A program made the translations under genes and the position numbers. The notes below the pieces were generated by a model. The model was not told the DNA's origin, made no database searches, and saw nothing but the letters and a program-made list of their open reading frames with translations. A DNA stretch of 64,000 nt from Clostridia bacterium (GTDB lineage Bacteria > Bacillota > Clostridia > Christensenellales > UBA1242), in assembly GCA_045594425.1 (NCBI GenBank), contig JAZNYK010000007.1:72786-136785 (forward strand), written 5' to 3'. Of the stretch, positions 17,560-27,038 are shown in pieces. Every line of letters starts with the position of its first letter. Position 1 is the first letter of the stretch.

Positions 17560-19992
17560 CTAACATAAAACTTCAAATTTAAATTTTCCACCAACAGCAT
17601 CAACACACACTGCAGAGTTATTCAAAAGTTCACCGCTAACAATCATATTTGCAAGAGGGTCACGAATCTCTTTATCAATAACCCTTTTTAATGGTCTTGC
17701 ACCATATGCTTCATCGTAGCCTTTTTCACAAATCAAAACTCGTGCTTCATCGGTCACTTGCAAGGTTATTTTTCTTGACCTATCCAAATTTTTCATAAGA
17801 GATTTAAGCATAAGCCCAGAAATTTTAAGCAAACTATCTTTTGAAAGCGTATCGAAAATAACAACCGAATCAATTCTATTCAAAAGTTCAGGTTTAAATT
17901 TATCACGAAGTTTATCCATCAAAAATTCATCGGTAGAAACCTTTGCTTCTTCAGGATGCATTTTTTCAAATTTTCTTCTAGCAACAAGGTCTTGAACGCC
18001 ATTGTTACTAGTCAAAATAATAAGCGTGTTTTTAAAGTTAACAAGTTTTCCAGAAGAATCTGTAAGTCTTCCTTCATCAAAAATTTGAAGCATTAAATTA
18101 AAGATATCTGGATGTGCTTTTTCAATCTCATCAAAAAGAACAATTGAATAAGGTTTCTTTCTAACAGCCTCAGTAAGTTCACCACCATCTTCATGACCAA
18201 CATATCCAGGAGGTGCACCAATAAGTCTAGATATTGAATGACTTTCCATAAATTCACTCATATCAAATCTAATGATTGAATCTTCGCTATCAAACAAAAC
18301 ATCTGCAATTGCTTTAGTAAGTTCAGTTTTACCAACACCAGTTGGGCCCAAAAACAAAAACGAACCAATTGGTCTGTTTGGGTCATTAATATCAGCCCTA
18401 GACCTTCTTATTGCACTTGAAACAACCGCAACTGCTTCCGGTTGCCCAATAACCCTATCACCAATAATTTCTTCCAAATTCATCAACTTTTCTTTTTCAG
18501 AAGATGACAACTTATTAACTGGAATTTTTGTCCAAGAAGACACAACCTCTCTAATGTTTTCTGAAGTAATTTCTCCAAAAGCATTTCCAGTTTTTGAATA
18601 TAACGAATTTTTAATTTCATCGATTTTTGCAAGCAAACCTTTTTTTCGCTCATTAATTTCATTAGCCATAATAAAGTCTTGATTTTGCCTGCAAATTTCT
18701 TTTTGCCTATCAAGTTCAGCAATTTGCATATTTAATTCTTTAACTTCTTTTGGAACAGCCGAACTTCCCACCCTAACTTTACTGCAAGCCTCATCAATCA
18801 AGTCAATCGCTTTGTCTGGCAAAAATCTGTTTGTTATATATCTTATTGAAAGTGTAACAGCAGCCTCTATCGCAGCATCGGATATTTGAACATTATGAAA
18901 ATTTTCAAACGATGTTCGAATCCCTTTCAAAATATTAATTGCATCTTCTGCCGTTGGTTCTTCAACATTCACAGGTTGAAAACGTCTTTCTAGTGCAGGG
19001 TCTTTTTCAATATATTTTTTATATTCGTCCAAAGTTGTCGCACCAATACAATGAAGTTCGCCACGTGCAAGATATGGCTTCAATATATCCGATGGTGAAA
19101 TCTCTCCATCTTTTCCACCAGCCTCTGCAAGCATATGGATTTCATCAATAAACACAATAATGTTATCATTTTCTTGGATAGCAGAAATGGCATTTTTCAA
19201 TTTTTGTTCCATGCTTCCTCGGAACTTTGTGCCCGCCATTAGAGATGCTAAATCAAGAGAAAAAATAATTTTATCACTCAACAATTCAGGAACATCACCT
19301 GCATTTATTCTTTGTGCCAAGCCTTCAACAACCGAAGATTTTCCAACACCAGGCTCACCAATAAGCACCGGATTATTTTTTGTTTTTCTACACAAAATTT
19401 CAATCACACGCTCTGTTTCTTCATCACGTCCAATGATTTTTGCTAGTGCCTTTTCTGAAACTTTTTTTGTTAAATCAATACCTAATCCTTTTAAATCTTC
19501 AGGAAGTTCTTGATAAGTTTTCTTTGATTTTGAAACTTTAAGTTGAACTGGTTTTTCATCTTCAACCTGCAAATTTTCAAGCAACCTTTTTTGCAAAACT
19601 TTTACATCAATCTTATAAAAATTTGTAAGAATTTTTGTTGCTTTGAATTCAGTCCCATTAAGTAATAAATGCAAAATATATTCAATTTCTTGCGTTTTTA
19701 ACCCATTTTTTTGCATAAAATCGTTAGTTTTTGCGAAAATTGTTGCCACATTTTTTGATGGAGCAACATTTGTCGCAGGTTTTATATCTCTATTTTTTAG
19801 TGATGAAATTATAACTTTTTTATAACCATCTTTTTCAATACCAAAACCATTAAGCAATTTCTGTGCATAGGTTCCATTTGCTGACAAAACACCAAAAAGC
19901 AAGTGTTCTGTTTCAATTTTTGACGAACCCAAAACACTTGCAAATTTTGCTGACACATTAGCAAGTTGTTGTAAAGAATTTGAAACCGCCAT
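17560..19992 (-). CDS. clpC: ATP-dependent Clp protease ATP-binding subunit ClpC
   Basis: Clp_N repeats and two AAA+ modules (GEPGVGKS/FIDEIH; GPTGVGKT/VLFDEIEKAH). Located in the ctsR operon. Confidence 0.95.
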   Translation of the reverse strand: MAVSNSLQQLANVSAKFASVLGSSKIETEHLLFGVLSANGTYAQKLLNGFGIEKDGYKKVIISSLKNRDIKPATNVAPSKNVATIFAKTNDFMQKNGLKTQEIEYILHLLLNGTEFKATKILTNFYKIDVKVLQKRLLENLQVEDEKPVQLKVSKSKKTYQELPEDLKGLGIDLTKKVSEKALAKIIGRDEETERVIEILCRKTKNNPVLIGEPGVGKSSVVEGLAQRINAGDVPELLSDKIIFSLDLASLMAGTKFRGSMEQKLKNAISAIQENDNIIVFIDEIHMLAEAGGKDGEISPSDILKPYLARGELHCIGATTLDEYKKYIEKDPALERRFQPVNVEEPTAEDAINILKGIRTSFENFHNVQISDAAIEAAVTLSIRYITNRFLPDKAIDLIDEACSKVRVGSSAVPKEVKELNMQIAELDRQKEICRQNQDFIMANEINERKKGLLAKIDEIKNSLYSKTGNAFGEITSENIREVVSSWTKIPVNKLSSSEKEKLMNLEEIIGDRVIGQPEAVAVVSSAIRRSRADINDPNRPIGSFLFLGPTGVGKTELTKAIADVLFDSEDSIIRFDMSEFMESHSISRLIGAPPGYVGHEDGGELTEAVRKKPYSIVLFDEIEKAHPDIFNLMLQIFDEGRLTDSSGKLVNFKNTLIILTSNNGVQDLVARRKFEKMHPEEAKVSTDEFLMDKLRDKFKPELLNRIDSVVIFDTLSKDSLLKISGLMLKSLMKNLDRSRKITLQVTDEARVLICEKGYDEAYGARPLKRVIDKEIRDPLANMIVSGELLNNSAVCVDAVGGKFKFEVLC

Positions 19993-20001
19993 AACTCTCT
20001 C

Positions 20002-21012
20002 CTATTTTATTCTTTTTGTTTTTAGCACACTTGCTAAAAATTTTGCTCTATATTTATCAAGTTCAGATATTGTTACTTTTGAATCTGAAATTTTTGTTAA
20101 TGAATAAGGCAATACATCAACCATCAAGTTTTCAATAAAATCAACATCTTTAAACCTGACAAGGTCTAACGCAACCCCCATCTTTAATTCACCTAAAAGT
20201 TGGGTTGCTTCAAACACACCAATCTTAAAGCAATTTGTAAGCACTCCCCATGCCCTATAAATTTTATCTTTTACATCATCCAAATAAGCAACAGTCAAAA
20301 GTTCATTTCTTGCTCTAATTTCCATCTCACAGATTTTTATTGCAAGTTCTGTAACTTTAACAACATAATCAGTTTCTCTTTTTCCAATTGTTTGATTATT
20401 TGAAATTGTGTATGTGTATGCTTGATTATCCATTTCATCATTTGAAAATGCAGAAAAATCAAATCCTTGGTTTGATAGGTTTGATGCAATTTCTTTAATC
20501 TTTCCAGCAAAAGAAAGTGCCGGCAAAAACAATGTTATACTTGCTTTTAATCCCGTTCCAATGCTAGCAATATTTGACGTTAAAAATCCTAGTGAATCAT
20601 CAAACGCAACATCTAATTTTGATAAAATTTGATTATCAATAACATTTAATTTGTCATAGGCTGAAATCAAACTCAACCCTTTCATTGTGCATTGTTCACA
20701 CAAATGGTCTGTTTCATTTATCATAATAGAAATTTGTTCATCACTTGAAAGAACAACTGCACCATAAAGGTCAGACTCAACAAGCCTGCTTGTGATTAAC
20801 TTTTTCTCATGCATAATGTTAACATCAAGTTCAGGCAAAGTTTTCACTTTATAGAGTTTAAAATCACTATCAATTTTTAATATCACATCAGCCAATTTAT
20901 TTAAAACTTTAACACCTTCATCACCAACAAAAGTTGATGGAAATTGAAACCCATTCAAATTTCTCAAAAGTCGAACCTTGCTTTGAACAACTATCGAACT
21001 ATAATCTTTCAT
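20002..21012 (-). CDS. mcsB: Protein arginine kinase McsB
   Basis: Guanidino-kinase-like domain (NETDHL, GTGLKAS) in the conserved position between mcsA and clpC. Confidence 0.9.
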   Translation of the reverse strand: MKDYSSIVVQSKVRLLRNLNGFQFPSTFVGDEGVKVLNKLADVILKIDSDFKLYKVKTLPELDVNIMHEKKLITSRLVESDLYGAVVLSSDEQISIMINETDHLCEQCTMKGLSLISAYDKLNVIDNQILSKLDVAFDDSLGFLTSNIASIGTGLKASITLFLPALSFAGKIKEIASNLSNQGFDFSAFSNDEMDNQAYTYTISNNQTIGKRETDYVVKVTELAIKICEMEIRARNELLTVAYLDDVKDKIYRAWGVLTNCFKIGVFEATQLLGELKMGVALDLVRFKDVDFIENLMVDVLPYSLTKISDSKVTISELDKYRAKFLASVLKTKRIK

Positions 21013-21013
21013 A

Positions 21014-21376
21014 TCAAAGTTCTCCTTTTAATTTTTCTATTTTATTTTTAAGGTCTTCTGCCAAAATATAATTTTCTTCTTCAGCGGCTTGTTCTTTTTG
21101 TTTTTCAAGTTCAGCAATCATTTCTTTAGTTTTTTGCTTCGAAGAATGTTTCAATGACACTTTTCCAACATGATTGATTGAGCCTTGTTTTTTAAGCAAA
21201 TTAGTTCTCACTTCAGATTCAAACACTTTATAACAATTTGCGCAACCAACAACACCAGTTCTCAAAAACTCAACTAAACTGGTGCCACATTTTTGGCAAA
21301 ACTTATCTTGAACATAACTTCCATCATCACCAAAACCATTAAACATTATATTTGTGTTTTCATTAAATTCAAACAT
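21014..21376 (-). CDS. mcsA: McsA (UVR-motif, CxxC zinc-finger activator of McsB)
   Basis: CQKCG...CANCY Cys pairs, a C-terminal UVR-like coiled coil, and operon context. Confidence 0.8.
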   Translation of the reverse strand: MFEFNENTNIMFNGFGDDGSYVQDKFCQKCGTSLVEFLRTGVVGCANCYKVFESEVRTNLLKKQGSINHVGKVSLKHSSKQKTKEMIAELEKQKEQAAEEENYILAEDLKNKIEKLKGEL

Positions 21377-21386
21377 AAACTGCCCT

Positions 21387-21845
21387 CTATTTTGTCATTA
21401 ATTTAAGCAAAACATTCTTAAAAGCCTTTGCTCTAACCTTGTCTTTAATTGTAAACGGCATAGCAAGCGAATCATCTGAAAGTGCCGTTTCAAGCATCAT
21501 TTGCTCTGTTCTAGAAAGAATTTCATCTGAAACTAGTTTATCGCAAATTTGATTCATTCTTTTTGCAGACAATTCATCACCAATGCTTTCAATAACCAGA
21601 CTGTTCAAATATGCATTATCGTCAGTGTTTTTTAGTCTAGAAATCTTAATAAATCCACTTCCACCACGTTTGCTTTCTTTCACAAACCCCCTATCAACAG
21701 TAAATCTTGTGTCAAGCACATAATTTATCTGACTTGGTGCACAAGAAAAATAATCTGCTAGTGAATTTCTCGAGATATCCACCGAGTCATTATCACCCAT
21801 TGTTGCAATAATAAATTGTTCAATTGATTCAGAAATATTAGCCAT
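21387..21845 (-). CDS. ctsR: Class III stress-gene repressor CtsR
   Basis: MANISESIEQFI...ESKRGGSGFIKI matches CtsR. GGAGG SD. Confidence 0.9.
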   Translation of the reverse strand: MANISESIEQFIIATMGDNDSVDISRNSLADYFSCAPSQINYVLDTRFTVDRGFVKESKRGGSGFIKISRLKNTDDNAYLNSLVIESIGDELSAKRMNQICDKLVSDEILSRTEQMMLETALSDDSLAMPFTIKDKVRAKAFKNVLLKLMTK

Positions 21846-21867
21846 AAATCCTCCTAAAGACCAATTT

Positions 21868-21884
21868 AGTCAAAGATGGTCAAA
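21868..21884. promoter_or_regulatory. CtsR operator (AGTCAAAGATGGTCAAA)
   Basis: Direct heptad repeat matching the consensus (A/G)GTCAAA-NAN-(A/G)GTCAAA. It lies just downstream of an extended -10 (TGCTATAAT, 21910-21902, minus strand) in the ctsR upstream region. Confidence 0.75.
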
Positions 21885-21979
21885 ACACAATTTTATGATA
21901 CATTATAGCACCTCTTTAAGTCAAATAAAAAAACAAACAACAGCAAAATAAAAAGAGGTTTAAAACCTCTTTTCAATCA

Positions 21980-22834
21980 TTATTTTTTTATAAAAATAAT
22001 TCCAGTTGTTCCAGGTCCAGCATGTGCGCCAATAACAGGTCCAACAAAAAGCCTTCTTATTGAAACCTTCTTTCCTGTAAGTCTAATCTTTTCAGCAAGG
22101 TCATCACCAACTTCTTTGTTATCTGCATCCAAAATAAACACTTCATATTTATCATCTTCCAAATATTCAGAGTCAAATTTATTCAGCATAAAGTCAATGG
22201 CTTTCTTTGTTCCTTTAACTGTTGTAAGTTTTTCAAGTTTGCCTTCATTAATTGTTAAAATAGGTTTAATATTCAGCATTGTTCCAAACACAGCAGATAT
22301 TGTTGAAACCCTTCCACCTCTTTTTAAATATTGCAAACTATCAACATAAAAATAAACGGCAACTTTATCTTTAAATTCTTTTAAAAACTCAATAACTTCT
22401 TCATCACTTGCACCAGCATTATGCAATTTGCAAGCCTCAATTGCTTGAATTCCCGCACCAACACATATGTTTTTAGTATCAAAACAAGTAATTTTTCTAT
22501 CTGGATACTTTGCAAGCAATTCATCAATAGCAATTTTCATATGATTAAAAGTTCCAGAAAGTTCTGATGAAAAATGTACATACAAAATATCTTCACCCGC
22601 AGCAAGCACTGGTTCAAAATAATTGATATAATCTTGCGAGTTTAACGCTGAAGTTGTAACAACTTCACCATTTCTCATTTCAGTATAAAATTGTTTAATA
22701 TCAATATTCCTACCGAAATCATACACATATTCTTGACCTTTCAAAGTATAAGGCATTCCAATAACTTTCATACCTAAACTATCAGAATCTGTATAATACA
22801 TTTCACAATCTGTATCTGTAAAAAACACGCTCAT
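21980..22834 (-). CDS. DegV-family fatty-acid-binding protein
   Basis: DegV pattern (TDSDS/TDTDCE N-terminus, TSALN, GGRVS). ATG 22834 lies 6 nt after a GGAGGT SD. Confidence 0.85.
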   Translation of the reverse strand: MSVFFTDTDCEMYYTDSDSLGMKVIGMPYTLKGQEYVYDFGRNIDIKQFYTEMRNGEVVTTSALNSQDYINYFEPVLAAGEDILYVHFSSELSGTFNHMKIAIDELLAKYPDRKITCFDTKNICVGAGIQAIEACKLHNAGASDEEVIEFLKEFKDKVAVYFYVDSLQYLKRGGRVSTISAVFGTMLNIKPILTINEGKLEKLTTVKGTKKAIDFMLNKFDSEYLEDDKYEVFILDADNKEVGDDLAEKIRLTGKKVSIRRLFVGPVIGAHAGPGTTGIIFIKK

Positions 22835-22858
22835 AATCAAACCTCCAAGCCTAGCATT

Positions 22859-23665
22859 TTATTGAATTTCATATTCGTTAAATGCTTCTTCATAAAGTTT
22901 TCTATCAAAGTCATTATAAACACAAAAAACAACCTTAATAGGATAATTTTTTTCAACCAGCCAATCTTTAACTGTTTTCACGGCAATCTTTGAAGCAAGT
23001 TCACGTGGGAATTTAAAAGTTCCAGTTGAAATGCAGCAAAACGCAATTGTTTTAAAGCCATTTTCAACAGCAAGTGACAAGCATGACTTATAGCAGTTCA
23101 TTAAATCAATTTTATCATGATAAGAAACCCTGTCAACAATCATTGGCCCAACAGTATGAATTATGTAACTCGCTGGCAAATTATACCCTTTTGTAAGTTT
23201 TGCTTTTCCATTTGGTTCGGGATGTCCTTGTCTAGACATCAAAAAATTCAATTCTTGTCTAATTTGCAATCCACCCGCCGACATAATAACATTATCAATC
23301 GAAGGGTCACAAGGAACAAAACTTCCAAGCATCATAGAATTTCCCGCATTAACAATAGCATCAACTTTAAGTGTGGTTATATCCCCTTGAAATATTGCCA
23401 TGTTTTTTGCATATGCAAGTTTATTCACATCAACAATTAGTTTATGTGCTCGTTCATAAGACAAAATCTCATCCTGCAAACGCATAAATTCAGAACTTAA
23501 TGGTTTCGGAAGTCTTTGATTAGAAAGACCCCTAAAAATAACTCTTTTTTCACCAATATCAAGTTTGTCAAGATTAAATTTGTTTACATCAACATTTTCA
23601 TCCTCACACAAAATATGAATGAGCCTATTAAGTTTTTTATCTAATTCGTCAATCGTGTATTCCAT
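22859..23665 (-). CDS. Macrodomain protein-ADP-ribose hydrolase (SirTM-operon type, with helical N-terminal extension)
   Basis: GDITTLKVDAIVNAGNS, YIIHTVGP and FCCISTGTFKFP align well with the staphylococcal and streptococcal SirTM-linked macrodomain. Confidence 0.85.
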   Translation of the reverse strand: MEYTIDELDKKLNRLIHILCEDENVDVNKFNLDKLDIGEKRVIFRGLSNQRLPKPLSSEFMRLQDEILSYERAHKLIVDVNKLAYAKNMAIFQGDITTLKVDAIVNAGNSMMLGSFVPCDPSIDNVIMSAGGLQIRQELNFLMSRQGHPEPNGKAKLTKGYNLPASYIIHTVGPMIVDRVSYHDKIDLMNCYKSCLSLAVENGFKTIAFCCISTGTFKFPRELASKIAVKTVKDWLVEKNYPIKVVFCVYNDFDRKLYEEAFNEYEIQ

Positions 23666-23722
23666 AAATTCACCTAATAAGAGTATACCACTTAAAAACT
23701 CGTTTCACCAAACAAATCATGA

Positions 23723-24100
23723 TTAAAATTCTTTTGTTGATGATGTTTTTTTCTTTTTCTTTTGAATAACCTTAACCCCGTCAGTTTCCGCCAAAATCTC
23801 TTTAACATAAACTTCTTTTTCAGCGCTATTGTTTTCTTCACGCAAATTAACTACTTCAGATGAAAGTTGTTCACCAGCATCAGCATGTGCAATTTTTTCA
23901 ATCTCATGAGCAACACGCTCATACTCTTCAAAAAGTTTTCTTGCCTTTTCAACTTTTTTTATGTATGACTTTAGTTGCGACTTAACAACTTGCTTTTTTG
24001 CATCTTCAGCAAAAGAAATATCTTCTACTTTTAATGTTTCAACAAGTTCACTTTCAAGTTTTTTAAATTTTTCAATTAATGCACTTTCATTTTTACTCAT
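23723..24100 (-). CDS. Small coiled-coil protein of unknown function
   Basis: K/E-rich heptad-like sequence. ATG 24100 follows a GGAG SD that sits inside the stop region of the upstream peptidase gene. Confidence 0.5.
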   Translation of the reverse strand: MSKNESALIEKFKKLESELVETLKVEDISFAEDAKKQVVKSQLKSYIKKVEKARKLFEEYERVAHEIEKIAHADAGEQLSSEVVNLREENNSAEKEVYVKEILAETDGVKVIQKKKKKTSSTKEF

Positions 24101-24104
24101 ATCA

Positions 24105-25415
24105 TTACTCCGCAATCAAAAAATTTTCAACAAAATATTTTTGTGTTGGCACATCTTTCTTTTCAGCATTGCCCAAAACAGTAACAAACATTTCATTGTT
24201 CTTATTAAAAATTTCTTTTGCAACTTCAAGCACACCATCTGGTGTAACCCCTTTTCGAAGCGCTTTCTTTTGTTTTTTTGAAAGTTGGAACAACTTTCCA
24301 TAATTCATATAATCCATCAAATTAACGTGACATTTTGCAGTCATTCTTGCAGGCATTTTTTCATCCGCAAAATATTCAAGATTCTTTCGATATTCCAAAA
24401 TCAAATTTTCATCAATTTTTTCTGTCACAACTTTTTTTATTTCATCTTTAATAACATCAACTGTTTGTTTTATTTTTTCTTTTGAAGTTTCAAACAAAAT
24501 ATTAAATAAAGATGTGTTTTTAAAGGTAGAAATATCCGAATTCAATCTATATATCAACCCTTGATTTCTAAGTTTTAAAAACAAATCACCTTGTGACCCA
24601 GACAAATATCTTCCTAAAAATGTATAGTTATAGTTCTTGCCAAAAATATCAAGTTCATTTGCATTTATTTTAAATGTCATCAAAACAGTAGATTTTTCTT
24701 GGTTTTGCGGATAAAGTTTCAAAGATGTTTTCTTATCAACATCCGTCATATCATAGTGTTTTTTTGGTTTTTTATGGTTTTGCGCATAGGCAATTTTCGA
24801 TGTAAAACATTTGTCAACCAATCTCTTAGTTTTCAAATATGGCATAGAGGTTGCAATTGAGATTATAAAATTGTTTCCAACAAAATAATCTTCTTTAAAT
24901 TTTTTAATATCTTCAAATGTGATGCTATCAATATTTTCCTCTGAAACCCCAACAATATCAGATGAAAATTTCGGTTTTGTTATTGCTTGTTTAAAGTTTT
25001 TTAAATACACATCTCTGTGTTCATCATCTAAACACATTTTAAGTTCTTCTTTAATCACACCTTTTTCAGATTCAATATATTCATCATCAATAACCGAATT
25101 CATCAAAACATCTTCAGCAAAATTCATCGACTGCTCAATGAGTTTGTTTGTTCGATAAAACTTCATCACCAAATAATCCATTCCGGTGGATGCGTTCAAA
25201 AAAGTGATTTTGTTTCTATCTCTATCAACTTCAGCATTAGTTCTTGTTTTTGTCTTTTTAAAAAGCGTATGCTCCAAAAAATGAGCAGTTCCCATTTTTT
25301 TATCACATTCAGCCCCAGCACAAAAACCAACCTCAACAGCAGAACTATTGTTCTGTTTATTTCTAGAATAAATCATTATTCCGCCATTCTTTAGTTTTAC
25401 AATCTTATCTTTCAT
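24105..25415 (-). CDS. M16-family (pitrilysin/insulinase) zinc peptidase
   Basis: Inverted zinc motif HFLEHTLFK (HxxEH) near the N-terminus; 436 aa. Confidence 0.8.
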   Translation of the reverse strand: MKDKIVKLKNGGIMIYSRNKQNNSSAVEVGFCAGAECDKKMGTAHFLEHTLFKKTKTRTNAEVDRDRNKITFLNASTGMDYLVMKFYRTNKLIEQSMNFAEDVLMNSVIDDEYIESEKGVIKEELKMCLDDEHRDVYLKNFKQAITKPKFSSDIVGVSEENIDSITFEDIKKFKEDYFVGNNFIISIATSMPYLKTKRLVDKCFTSKIAYAQNHKKPKKHYDMTDVDKKTSLKLYPQNQEKSTVLMTFKINANELDIFGKNYNYTFLGRYLSGSQGDLFLKLRNQGLIYRLNSDISTFKNTSLFNILFETSKEKIKQTVDVIKDEIKKVVTEKIDENLILEYRKNLEYFADEKMPARMTAKCHVNLMDYMNYGKLFQLSKKQKKALRKGVTPDGVLEVAKEIFNKNNEMFVTVLGNAEKKDVPTQKYFVENFLIAE

Positions 25416-25433
25416 TAATTCACTCCAATAAAA

Positions 25434-27026
25434 TTATGCCAATTCAATTTTATAAACATCTATTTCATAAACAGTATACCATTGTTGTTCAATAACAAAT
25501 GAAGTATCCAAAACACATTTTAATCCACCTGCTTCCAATATTGAAAAATCGTCAAACCTTCCAACAAAATAAACATTCTTGCCTTCAGCAGTATAATTTT
25601 TGATTTGTTCTGTTGAAAGTTTCGGATGATTCACTCCAGTAATATTTTCCCACCAACTAACATCACAACCATCAAGTCCATAAATAAAATGCTGTGTTTG
25701 ATATTCAATTGGATGTTGAACCGCGCCATGGTCAGCAACCACAATATCATCATTTATCGAATTAAAATACGCCACCATGTGCTCATAGTTAGAATTTATA
25801 TACTTTTCGTGTTTGTTAACTTCAACCATATTAATCACAGCGTAAATAGAAAGCACACAAACAACTGCTATTTGAACACAAATATTCAGCCATTTGCAAA
25901 CTTTATTTGCTTTTTCAGTTTTATTTTTTAACAACTTAACAATAAAGTCTTTCAGGCAATATTTAATAAGCAAATAGAAATTATAAACAACGCAAAGATA
26001 AAAAATAAATATACATGGAAGTGTGTATCTCTCAACAAAAATTGGTGTAAGCACAACCGATATCAAAAGCCCCATTCCAATAACAAAGAACATAACAAAT
26101 GGTCCAGATAAAGCAATCCATTTTTGTTTTGTCTGAATTTTTTTGTTAAACAAATTAACAAATAACACAAACAAATACAAACACATCAAAACAATTGACA
26201 TTCCAATGTTATCAAAACAATCAATCAATTTAATTGAAAACACATAATTAAAAATTGCAGCAACGCTATTTGTTGAAATTGTTGGAATCCAATAACCATA
26301 ACTCGATAAATATGCAAACTGACAGCACAAAACTACAAGCCAAGGCAAATAACTAATAACAGCGTAAACAGCATACTTATAGAATGTTAAAAAATACTCT
26401 CTTTCACAAACAAGTGAATACAAAATCATAAACAAAAGTAGTCCTGCAACTGCCATGAGCGCAAAATAATGTGTTAATGCTGCTAGCACAAAATATAACA
26501 CAAACCATCTAAAATCACGAGGTTGCTTATATCTAATTATTTGAATTGAATAATAGAAACATAAAAACACAAAAAGCATTGCAAAGCCATACATTCGAAT
26601 TGTTATGGCATATTCAGAAAATGAACCAAAACAAAATAAAGTTAAAAGTGCAATTCCAACAACAACTCTTGGAAGTGTTTTTGATGCTTTAAATACAACA
26701 AAATAAAACAAAATTGCAAGCCCACAAAAACTAATAACTTTTGACAAAATAACAACGTTGATTGATGGCAACAAAAATGTGAAAATATCCACAAAAAACT
26801 TAATTATAAAATAAAACATTGGAGGATGAACATCCAAAACAGTGTTTATAATAATGTCTAAATAACTGCCATCAATAATATAAAGTGTAAACACTTCGTC
26901 TGATATAACCGACTCAAAAAAGCATTGCCAAAGAGCCACACACATCAAACAAAATGAAACACCCACACACAAATAATAAATAATATTTTCCAGCGTAAGT
27001 TTCTTCTTAATATCGCAAAAATTCAT
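25434..27026 (-). CDS. Polytopic membrane protein, GT-C fold glycosyltransferase candidate (family 39/83, PMT/ArnT-like) with a C-terminal extracytoplasmic domain
   Basis: More than 10 predicted TM helices. The first loop SDEVFTL...DVHPPMFYF resembles the DE...HPP signature of GT39/GT83 enzymes. GAGGG SD. Confidence 0.55.
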   Translation of the reverse strand: MNFCDIKKKLTLENIIYYLCVGVSFCLMCVALWQCFFESVISDEVFTLYIIDGSYLDIIINTVLDVHPPMFYFIIKFFVDIFTFLLPSINVVILSKVISFCGLAILFYFVVFKASKTLPRVVVGIALLTLFCFGSFSEYAITIRMYGFAMLFVFLCFYYSIQIIRYKQPRDFRWFVLYFVLAALTHYFALMAVAGLLLFMILYSLVCEREYFLTFYKYAVYAVISYLPWLVVLCCQFAYLSSYGYWIPTISTNSVAAIFNYVFSIKLIDCFDNIGMSIVLMCLYLFVLFVNLFNKKIQTKQKWIALSGPFVMFFVIGMGLLISVVLTPIFVERYTLPCIFIFYLCVVYNFYLLIKYCLKDFIVKLLKNKTEKANKVCKWLNICVQIAVVCVLSIYAVINMVEVNKHEKYINSNYEHMVAYFNSINDDIVVADHGAVQHPIEYQTQHFIYGLDGCDVSWWENITGVNHPKLSTEQIKNYTAEGKNVYFVGRFDDFSILEAGGLKCVLDTSFVIEQQWYTVYEIDVYKIELA

Positions 27027-27038
27027 TATAACCCTCTT

